DNA of 29,978 bases, taken from NCBI GenBank assembly GCA_041736305.1, contig JBGSTX010000110.1:1-29978 (forward strand). The letters run 5' to 3'. Both the position numbers and the translations under genes were made by a program. Positions 1-7,426 of the stretch are shown one piece after another; position 1 is the first letter of the stretch; the number at the start of each line of letters is the position of its first letter. This DNA comes from Oligoflexus sp. (GTDB taxonomy: Bacteria; Bdellovibrionota_B; Oligoflexia; Oligoflexales; Oligoflexaceae). The notes under the pieces are model-generated. The model was not told where the DNA came from, made no database searches, and saw only the letters and a program-made list of their open reading frames with translations.

Positions 1-1
1 G

Positions 2-727
2 CTTCGCGAGTACATGCTGGAAAAATGGCAGCGACGCTGCGCTTACTGTAGCAAAACAGATCTTCCCCTCGAAATTGAGCACATCGTTTCCCGGGCTGCA
101 GGGGGCAGCGATAGAGTATCAAATCTCACCTTAGCCTGCCGCCCCTGTAATCAAAAAAAGGGATCAAAGCCAATCGAGCAGTTTATCAAAGACAAGACTA
201 AAGTCGCGAGAATTCTTGCCTCTGCTAAAGCTCCACTCAAGGACGCTGCAGCTGTTAATGCCACTCGCATCGCCATAGCCGAACGTCTAAGGTCTCTGGC
301 TCTGCCGCTGAGCCTTTGGTCAGGCGGGCGGACAAAATGCAATCGAGTTAAGCAGGGATATCCTAAAACCCATTGGATAGACGCAGCATGCGTGGGTCAA
401 AGCGGGGAAAAAGTCTTTATTCATCCCCGGCACAAGGCTCTGGCTATTCAAGCTACTGGTCGCGGATCTCGCCAAAAATGCCTTATGGATCGCTATGGCT
501 TTCCACGTACCAGCCCAAAGGCACAAAAGCGGGTCTTTGGTTTTCAGACGGGCGATATGGTCCGGGCGACAGTTCAAAAGGGAAAGAAGAAAGGTTCTTA
601 CGAAGGCCGAGTTGCGGTAAGAGTTACAGGAAATTTTAATATCAAAACTAGTTCCGAGACTGTGCAGGGGATCTCTTTTAAAAACTGCAATATTATTCAA
701 GCATTTGATGGGTATATGTATGCTTAA
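2..727 (+). CDS. iscB: IscB RNA-guided endonuclease (OMEGA; IS200/IS605), 5'-truncated by the window edge
   Basis: Frame is open from base 2 (LREYMLEKW). HNH: CAYC...EIEHIVSRAAGGSDRVSNLTLACRPCNQKKG. Also LKDAAAVN, GGRTKCNR, RuvC-III KTHWIDAAC and C-terminal GFQTGDMVRA...GRVAVR, all typical of IscB. Confidence 0.93.
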   Translation, partial: LREYMLEKWQRRCAYCSKTDLPLEIEHIVSRAAGGSDRVSNLTLACRPCNQKKGSKPIEQFIKDKTKVARILASAKAPLKDAAAVNATRIAIAERLRSLALPLSLWSGGRTKCNRVKQGYPKTHWIDAACVGQSGEKVFIHPRHKALAIQATGRGSRQKCLMDRYGFPRTSPKAQKRVFGFQTGDMVRATVQKGKKKGSYEGRVAVRVTGNFNIKTSSETVQGISFKNCNIIQAFDGYMYA

Positions 728-742
728 GATTATCTCCGATCT

Positions 743-808
743 GGGAGCAAGATGGCTCCCTATTCCTCCACGCCCTAAAGGACGTGGTTTCCAAGGGAGC
801 AAGAACTG
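743..808 (+). mobile_element. Right end of the IS200/IS605-family IscB element
   Basis: Subterminal hairpin CCACGCCC-TAAA-GGACGTGG (768-787) in TTCCT...TTTCC context, typical downstream of iscB. Followed by ...AACTG|ATGA (ATGA at 809-812). Confidence 0.75.
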
Positions 809-889
809 ATGAAGTGGAATAATATTTGCAGAGTTTCTCAAGAGACATAGCGAGGTATCGAGACGAACGTGATCTCTCCAAAGTTGCTT

Positions 890-932
890 GACGGGCCTAC
901 ATCTTTGATGGTGAAGGCTCGTCTGTCTTTTT
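890..932 (+). terminator. Putative intrinsic terminator
   Basis: Hairpin GACGGGCCT..CATC-TTT-GATG..AGGCTCGTC (890-923) followed by TGTCTTTTT. Confidence 0.5.
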
Positions 933-940
933 AGCTCGTC

Positions 941-1633
941 TCACCAGGGGAGAGTCTTGCCTTTGTAATCGAGAAATGTTCCGCTCTGTTCATGCTTCAT
1001 TTCACTTAGCACTTTCACCAGGCCAGTGGTTGATTCATCAATAGTCGTGGTAGCTTGCTTGCCACCCATGTCGGTCTGAACCCAGCCTGGGTGCAACGTT
1101 ACGGGGGTCAGCCAGGAATATTCCTGCGCCAGTGTTTTTACGACCATGTTCAAGGCTGCTTTAGAGCTGCGATAGGCATAGTACCCGCCCGATTTATTTT
1201 CAGCGAGCGAACCCATCTGACTGGAGATCATCGCAACGATAGGGTTTTTGCCTTGTTTAAGGGAAGGGATCAGCTTTTGGGTAAGAGCGATCGCGCCCCA
1301 AACATTGGTATCAAAAGTTTTTTTGAAAATATCGAGGGAGAGTTCAGTAAAAGGAACTTGTGGGTCCAGCATCACTCCCGCGTTATTGATGAGTAGATCG
1401 AGAGGCTGGTCTTTGAGGCTTTGAGCAATTTGCTCGAGTTCCTTTTCGCTCGCCACATCGGCTTGCAAGATCTTAAGGCGATCCTTGAAATCGCGACTCA
1501 GAGATGAGAGTTCTGTCGCTTTTGAAGGTTGACGGACTAAGGCCCAAACTTGATGGCCAGCTTGGAGAAACTGACGAGTGAGTCCAAGGCCGATGCCTCG
1601 GTTAGCGCCGCTGATGCAGATGTTTTTAGGCAT
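941..1633 (-). CDS. Short-chain dehydrogenase/reductase (CsgA/C-factor-like)
   Basis: SGANRGIG, LLINNAG, ISSQMGS, YxxxK (YRSSK), LHPGWVQTDMGG. ATG at 1633 with upstream AAGGA. Confidence 0.92.
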   Translation of the reverse strand: MPKNICISGANRGIGLGLTRQFLQAGHQVWALVRQPSKATELSSLSRDFKDRLKILQADVASEKELEQIAQSLKDQPLDLLINNAGVMLDPQVPFTELSLDIFKKTFDTNVWGAIALTQKLIPSLKQGKNPIVAMISSQMGSLAENKSGGYYAYRSSKAALNMVVKTLAQEYSWLTPVTLHPGWVQTDMGGKQATTTIDESTTGLVKVLSEMKHEQSGTFLDYKGKTLPW

Positions 1634-1976
1634 TGATAGTTTCCTTTTTACCTGGAATGACACTTCTTGATGCGAACGCACCATGGTTGACCTGGGGATC
1701 ATTAATGTCAATCCATGATACCTAAGCTTTTATAGGGCCTCATTTGTCGCCCATTTGAAGCGACTGCCTATCCACACTGACTTATGTTGTGGTCCATAAT
1801 GCAAAAAACTGTAAAGTAATCATCTCACTGGCAACATAATTTGATTAAACACGTGTGTTTTGGCAAAAATTCTGCCGAGTATCCGTTCACGTATTGCAAA
1901 TTTTATCGAAATCACCTATTTGACGATAGATGCGGTACGGCCGCGAAAACATCAATATTCACTGGGTGACGAAGTG

Positions 1977-2606
1977 ATGAAAAGACTAGTTCCCGCTTTC
2001 CTTTTCTCCTTGAGTGTCCTAACTGCCGCGTGTGGGGACTCTGACAGTAACGATGCTGCTGTTGTAGCAGATGGAACCCTCGACGGGACCGCATACATAG
2101 TCACGGATGGTGCTGCCCTTGAAAGGACAGATGCCGACCTTTCTGGAAGCGGAAGCGTACTTTTCAAAAATCCTTTGAGCGAAATAGGCTCGAAAGATAA
2201 CTTCCTTTTGGAATTCAGGGTGGACGACGGAGGCAGCCTTGAACTTTTGACTCATACCGACAACGCGGGAAAATCCGGAGTCTCAGCAATTATCACGCGC
2301 GATGGAACGGCGCTGAGCCTCGCCTGGGCTGCTGGCGGAGAAACGTCTGACAAGACAACCCTGGACGGCATCGATGCATCTGGCACCATCAAGCTCGCCA
2401 TTGACATTCATAACGACGAAACACCCTCTCACAACCTCGTCTGGGATGGGAACAGTACGGCCAATACCGAAGATAATGCCCTCATCAATAGCGAGGATGA
2501 TATCGCCTCGCCTGGAAAAGGATCCGGGACTTTCTGGGGTTTGACCCTTTCGAAATCCACCGTATTATCCGCAATTCTACAGGCTGCGAAATTCGTAGAA
2601 GAGTAA
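1977..2606 (+). CDS. Acidic lipoprotein of unknown function
   Basis: MKRLVPAFLFSLSVLTAAC signal peptide with lipobox; Asp/Ser/Gly-rich mature part; ends 4 bp before the next gene. Confidence 0.8.
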   Translation: MKRLVPAFLFSLSVLTAACGDSDSNDAAVVADGTLDGTAYIVTDGAALERTDADLSGSGSVLFKNPLSEIGSKDNFLLEFRVDDGGSLELLTHTDNAGKSGVSAIITRDGTALSLAWAAGGETSDKTTLDGIDASGTIKLAIDIHNDETPSHNLVWDGNSTANTEDNALINSEDDIASPGKGSGTFWGLTLSKSTVLSAILQAAKFVEE

Positions 2607-2610
2607 GATA

Positions 2611-3681
2611 ATGAGAACAAAAGTCACACTTTTATTGTCCCTCGCACTCTTCTCGCTCAGGTCGAACTACGCCCACTCGCAGGATGCGACGGGTCTTAAG
2701 ATGTCCGCTGCCATGGATGCGGTCGGAGCTTTCCGAGCGAATAAGCAAAGCGCGGCTAAGGATGAATTCCTCATCCGCGAAGCCGAGATACTTTTGACTG
2801 CTCCCATCGACCAGATTTTTACCGGCCAGCTAAGTTTTGCGGCGCATCGTGAAGCCGGATTTTCCGTCGTCGAACTCCACGAAGCTTTCATCAGCTCTTC
2901 AAAACTCATTCCCAGGTCGAATATTCGCGTCGGGCAGTTTTTTCTGGGAGTGGGTCGACTCAATAGGGTCCACAGACATGAATGGCCGATGATTTTCGCA
3001 CCGAAGGTTCACCAGAGCTTCTTCGGAAGCGAAGGGGCCCTGGATGCTGGTATCGAGTACAGCTACCTAGCTCCTTTGCCTTTTTATCTGGAAGCAACAC
3101 TTGGAGTTACGAATGGCTGGACTTACGGTCACTCTCATAGCGAAGGGGAAAAACCGAAGAAACCGACTCACTATGGAAGACTCGCCAGCTACCTCGAACT
3201 CCCTCTCGAGGGTGGGGCGCAGTTTGCTTATAATTTTTTGAGCCGAACCGATGCTCTAAATGAAAAAATAAGCCTCCACGGCTTTGATGTGACAGCAAAA
3301 TGGCGCAATGCCGGGGTTTTAAATGTTCTTTTGCAGGGAGAAATCTGGCAGCGAAACAAAAAACCCGATAAGGGTGAGGAAGAGAGAACTCTGGGTTTCT
3401 ATTTCCTTCCGCAATTCGCCTTGGATTCTCAGCTTTTTCTCGGAATCCTCACGGACCACTATACCGTCCTGAGTCTAAAGGGAATAACGGGAAAGCACGT
3501 GGATAACTCAGTCGTGGGACTGGCTCCGACGATCACTTACAAGGCTAGTGAGTTTTCAACACTTCGGCTTGCATACGACTGGCAGAACGACAAGCAAAGC
3601 GGTCGTGCTGATAGAAAAGATGCGCGACTGGAGTTTCAAGCTAGCTACATTATTGGAGCACACCCGGCTCATGACTTCTAG
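2611..3681 (+). CDS. Outer-membrane beta-barrel protein, resembling the 'zinc-regulated outer membrane receptor' family
   Basis: Signal peptide; GRLNRVHRHEW motif, GHSHSE loop and C-terminal IGAHPAHDF with terminal Phe. Confidence 0.7.
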   Translation: MRTKVTLLLSLALFSLRSNYAHSQDATGLKMSAAMDAVGAFRANKQSAAKDEFLIREAEILLTAPIDQIFTGQLSFAAHREAGFSVVELHEAFISSSKLIPRSNIRVGQFFLGVGRLNRVHRHEWPMIFAPKVHQSFFGSEGALDAGIEYSYLAPLPFYLEATLGVTNGWTYGHSHSEGEKPKKPTHYGRLASYLELPLEGGAQFAYNFLSRTDALNEKISLHGFDVTAKWRNAGVLNVLLQGEIWQRNKKPDKGEEERTLGFYFLPQFALDSQLFLGILTDHYTVLSLKGITGKHVDNSVVGLAPTITYKASEFSTLRLAYDWQNDKQSGRADRKDARLEFQASYIIGAHPAHDF

Positions 3682-3815
3682 GCTCCATTTTCCTGAAGAA
3701 TCATCGGAGCGGCTGGACCTCATCTGTACAACTACACTATTGGAGTGAAGGAAAATGGGAGCAGGATTTAAACCGCCTGTTTGATATCCCATTTAGTTTG
3801 CTGGGCATGTACGGT

Positions 3816-4985
3816 TCAAAAAATGTTTCCAGCAAATAGCTCAAGCAGAAAAGACTCGACCGGCCAAATCTCAATCCCTTCGACAGTCAGCCGGTCTTTA
3901 CCTCGGTATACGAGCATAGTTTTTTTTATCGACTTGCTTGCTTCTCTTGCTACTATCTTGAGCGACGTTAGCCAATCGGATTTAAATTGCCGGCCAGACT
4001 TCACTTCAAGCGCAATCATTTCTGCGGGCGAAGAGAGGGTTTTTGGTTTGCACTGAATCATGAAATCAATATCGAAACCCCCGCTGATAGCGTAGTGAAA
4101 TATCGGGCGAGCTTTTTGTGAATAGGAGTTATAGCTGCGAAGTTCGTGAAATATTAAACTCTCAAAGGCAAACCCTTGCCAAACCGAATCAACGGCATCC
4201 ATTGTCAATCCAGACGCAGCCCTTGCTAAACCTACATCGAAAAGGAAAAACTTTGGATGCACGCTTTCCTTTGTCCTTATCCCAAGTTTTACCGCGGGCA
4301 CGCGAGCCGACAAGAGGGTATCATCAAGGATTTGTAGGTAACGTTCAACCGTATTGCGCTTAACGGCTGAATCGCGGGCTAAGTTTTCTACATTTAAAAT
4401 CTGGCCATTATATAGTCCTGCAGCCTGTAGAAAGCGGGCAAATGGATCGAGATTCCTTACTAGAGCCTCGGCAAGTATTTCTTCCTTAATATAAGTCTCT
4501 ACATACGAACTTAGGGTCTGTTGCTTATGCTGAGGATCACTTACTACCAAAGGTAGTGAACCCCATTCTACTGCTTCATCGATACTCCAGTGATCTTTAT
4601 ATTCCTGGTAGACAAAGGGGAACATAAAGATTTGTAGCGCCCTGCCAGCGAGCAAATTAGTGCCTTCACGTCGCAATTTCCTGGCGCTTGAGCCGGATAA
4701 TGCAAAATTCAGACCTCGGTTTTCATAGAGCCGATGGACTTCGTTTAAAAGCTGAGGAAGGCGCTGGACTTCATCGATGATCACCCATGATCCTCTAGGC
4801 AAATGGGCGAGTAAAGACTCAAGCTGGACGGGTTCGCGACTGAGTTGCAAAAAACGGGAAGAATCTAGTAAGTCAATCAGTAAGGCTTGTGGCAAACGTG
4901 CTTTTAACCAGGTCGATTTGCCTGTCCCCCGTGGGCCTAGAAGCAGAAAACTCTTAGATGGTACATTATTTATTCTATTTATTAT
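3816..4985 (-). CDS. AAA+ ATPase with DUF4143 domain (AAA_14/DUF4143); start codon non-canonical or mutated
   Basis: The frame extends 30 codons upstream of the listed TTG and contains Walker A GPRGTGKST. Also Walker B IIDEVQ, SGSSARKL, KFFLFDVG, GFAFES, and PD-(D/E)XK-like DIDF...EVK. Confidence 0.85.
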   Translation of the reverse strand: MINRINNVPSKSFLLLGPRGTGKSTWLKARLPQALLIDLLDSSRFLQLSREPVQLESLLAHLPRGSWVIIDEVQRLPQLLNEVHRLYENRGLNFALSGSSARKLRREGTNLLAGRALQIFMFPFVYQEYKDHWSIDEAVEWGSLPLVVSDPQHKQQTLSSYVETYIKEEILAEALVRNLDPFARFLQAAGLYNGQILNVENLARDSAVKRNTVERYLQILDDTLLSARVPAVKLGIRTKESVHPKFFLFDVGLARAASGLTMDAVDSVWQGFAFESLIFHELRSYNSYSQKARPIFHYAISGGFDIDFMIQCKPKTLSSPAEMIALEVKSGRQFKSDWLTSLKIVAREASKSIKKTMLVYRGKDRLTVEGIEIWPVESFLLELFAGNIF

Positions 4986-5150
4986 AATTTTTCACCTCTT
5001 TTTTGGCAAATTTTACGATGATAAAGTAATATATGCTACTAATTCTACTTTTCTCCAGTAATTTTTGCTTAATCGGCTTGAGGAGCTGGCTTCTCAATAT
5101 ATCCGTTCCTGTCTCGGGGTCATGGGTCGGTGCGTGCTTAGAAATATCTA

Positions 5151-5179
5151 TTGAGCTAGTGATAAGATATCTATAAAAT
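5151..5179 (+). promoter_or_regulatory. Sigma70-type promoter of brnTA
   Basis: TTGAGC-N17-TAAAAT, flanked by inverted AGAAATAT (5140-5147) and ATATTTCT (5178-5185). Confidence 0.6.
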
Positions 5180-5195
5180 ATTTCTTAGGGGTGCT

Positions 5196-5471
5196 ATGAA
5201 GTACGAATGGAGCGGGATGCAATTTGACTGGGATGAAGAAAAGAGTGCTATCAATCTCGCAAAGCATGGACGCGCGTTCCTGGATTCGCACCTCGTATGG
5301 CTGCAGCCCCACGGCCAGCTTCTCGCCGGAAATACAGAAACGGAAGAGCGCTTGGTGCGTCGCGGCATCATTGAAAACCAAGTCTGGCTCTGTGTCTACA
5401 CGATGCGTGGCGACAAATACCGAGTGATGAGCCTTCGCCCTGCTCACAAAAAAGAAAAGGAAATGCCATGA
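5196..5471 (+). CDS. brnT: BrnT family toxin (DUF497)
   Basis: FDWDEEKSAINLAKHG...EER...VYTMRG..YRVMSLRPA..KE. Alternative start at 5217. Confidence 0.88.
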   Translation: MKYEWSGMQFDWDEEKSAINLAKHGRAFLDSHLVWLQPHGQLLAGNTETEERLVRRGIIENQVWLCVYTMRGDKYRVMSLRPAHKKEKEMP

Positions 5472-5710
5472 CAAAGAAAAAAGTCACCGTTGAAGAGTTT
5501 GACAAGATGGTCGATGACGGCGATGACTTAAGCGCCGTTCTAGTGCCAGTGAGCGTCAAGCCAGTGATGATTGACTTGCCTTCATGGATGATTATAGCTC
5601 TTGATGAAGAAGCCCGCCGCTTGAATGTGGCACGTAAGGCTCTTATCAACATCTGGCTCGCCGACCGCCTTCAAAGCAATCAGCACACATCGGAAAAGAA
5701 GAAGGCATAA
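5468..5710 (+). CDS. brnA: BrnA/CopG-type ribbon-helix-helix antitoxin
   Basis: EEFDKMVDDGDDL...IDLPSWMIIALDEEARRLNVARKALINIWLADRL; ATGA overlap with brnT. Confidence 0.85.
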   Translation: MTKKKVTVEEFDKMVDDGDDLSAVLVPVSVKPVMIDLPSWMIIALDEEARRLNVARKALINIWLADRLQSNQHTSEKKKA

Positions 5711-6053
5711 AGAAGCGGCGAAATCTGAATGAAAGGGTTTGGACGTTCCCTGGGACTAGCGTCCCAAGGATGAGCCCAGGTCCAGGGCCAAAGTGCCTTG
5801 ATTTGGATCGCGGCTTCTGCCCGTAAGCGAAAAGCTTCCTACGCGAACTCATGCATCAAGTCTCGGGCCGGCCAGAGCCCTTGATTTCCGGTCATTTTGA
5901 TATTGGTAATTAGTTATAGTTAAATTATTTTTTGGCAAAATACCAGAAATATTTCTTAACTGTCAGCCGTTTGAGGAAAACGGAAAGTACGTGGTATCAG
6001 TAGATTCCGTTTTCGCCCCGGCTCGGAAAGGCATTCCGCACAAAGGAAAGCAA

Positions 6054-6254
6054 ATGGCAAAAAAAACCGTTTCGCGGCACACGAAAGTGCCTGGCGGCAA
6101 GGACAAGGAAATCAGTCCCGAAGAGGCCGGCAGCTTGCTCGGAGTGCATCCGCGCACTATTAGAAATCTATTGGCGCGAAAAGAGCTCCTTGGCCTTAAG
6201 TCGGATGTCGCGCAAGCTTCACATTCTCACCACTCAAGGCCTCCACGAAAATGA
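6054..6254 (+). pseudogene. Excisionase-like (HTH_17/MerR-type) helix-turn-helix protein, probably truncated
   Basis: AAGGA RBS; ISPEEAGSLLGVHPRTIRNLLARKELLGLK matches HTH_17, then the sequence loses similarity where the wing should be. Confidence 0.55.
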
Positions 6255-6559
6255 GCCGCGGCGATTTCTGGGACTTTTTCTACCAGGTAGAGAGGTAGAG
6301 ATAAGAGCTGATAGCAGACTTTTTTTGGTCCCTCTTTGGATTGAATTGTAAGCATTTCACCTTAGGCTTTGGATTGGCAAATCAAGTCCCCGTAGGCTGA
6401 AGGTCAGTGGCAGCGTGCTCGCGCTGTATCTTCTGATAGTAGGCAAGGGGGATAAAATGTAAGCTTTCCATCCAATACGGCAGCAGGATGACCTGACGAA
6501 ATATAGTAAAAACAACTCTACCCGATGAGGACCAGTCCATGAACTATTCAAGCCTTTCC

Positions 6560-6865
6560 TTAGAGCAGCTGCACAACAAACTGCGAACAATCAAAGATCA
6601 CCCCAAAGCTGGTGCCCGTTAAAACCTTAGCGGCAGCTGGCAAGCTAACGTTGCCGCTCACGCCACCCAAGCTTTGACCCGCAATAATTTTATCTGCGGC
6701 GCCCGCGACGCCTGCAGCAGCGTAGCTTGTGTTCGCCATGCAGTTGATCTCTCCATCGTTCTCACAGAGCGGAGGCGGCGAGCAAATTTTAGTACCGATC
6801 TGAATCACGCCTTCACCATCGAGAAATTGGACGCCAGAGCAAATGAAAGCCGGTCCGCCTGTCAT
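6560..6865 (-). pseudogene. Fragment of a Cys/Gly-rich secreted or surface repeat protein
   Basis: ICSGVQFLDGEG..IGTKIC..PLCENDGEINC...GQSLGGVSGNVSLPAAAKVLTGTSFG looks like the interior of an extracellular repeat protein; no signal peptide, and an in-frame stop lies shortly upstream. Confidence 0.4.
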
Positions 6866-6957
6866 GACGGGATAACCGGCGTCAGCTCGTCTAGAAACGA
6901 TTCCTTGCCATGACGACCTTCAATGCGGACATTGTCTTATCAGTTCTGGTTACTAAG

Positions 6958-7094
6958 GCACCTATTTAGGTGTCATACCTATCAAATTGAAGTTTAAAGC
7001 ACCTTTTTAAGTTTCCTAACGCTGATGATTGTGTTAAGGTACCTAATAAGGTACTTTAGGTGGAACTGATCTTTTAGGGTGCCGAAAAAGGACC
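6958..7094. promoter_or_regulatory. Four palindromic operator-like sites upstream of hipB
   Basis: GCACCT-ATTT-AGGTGT (6958), GCACCT-TTTT-AAGTTT (6999), GTACCT-AATA-AGGTAC (7039), GTGCCG-AAAA-AGGACC (7079); spacing 41/40/40 bp. Confidence 0.7.
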
Positions 7095-7138
7095 TTTAAT
7101 TCTTCGAATTGCTGGCAAGTAGTAGAAAAGGGCTTGAT

Positions 7139-7426
7139 ATGAGCACATTTGACTATCTAGGTCAGGGTTTACGCAAAGGTCGTCTTCACCGTAGGCCGCC
7201 AGAAAAAGATAACGAAATCGCTCGTTTCATCCGAGAGGCGCGAACCACAAACGGCTGGGACCAAAAGGCACTGGCCGAAAGGGCTGATGTTGGTCTGCGC
7301 GCGCTCAAAGAAGTCGAGCAGGGAAAGCTCAATGCTCAGATGAAGACGATTCTAAAGATCCTCGATGTGTTCGGGCATACACTCGGCCCGAAGCCAAAAG
7401 AGATAGGCTTGGAGGATAGGACATGA
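7139..7426 (+). CDS. hipB: HipB-like XRE family antitoxin/regulator
   Basis: IARFIREAR...DQKALAERADVGLRALKEVEQGK...KILDVFG HTH_3; ATGA overlap with the kinase gene. Confidence 0.85.
   Translation: MSTFDYLGQGLRKGRLHRRPPEKDNEIARFIREARTTNGWDQKALAERADVGLRALKEVEQGKLNAQMKTILKILDVFGHTLGPKPKEIGLEDRT

Noticed and set aside
14..727. Calling the first ORF a stand-alone 237 aa HNH nuclease or Cas9
   Set aside because: The frame is open to the window edge, the motifs are IscB-specific, and the C-terminus is far too short for Cas9.
3757..3777. T-arm-like GCGGTTTAAATCCTGCTCCC (minus strand) as an att duplicate of the tRNA
   Set aside because: It does not match the 3' half of this tRNA-Ala and has no cloverleaf or CCA.
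6255..6559. Short ORFs in the islet spacer
   Set aside because: No convincing RBS or motif; treated as debris.
6958..7094. CRISPR mini-array interpretation of the periodic palindromes
   Set aside because: The repeats are only 16 bp and degenerate, the period is 40 bp, there are no cas genes, and the position fits operators.
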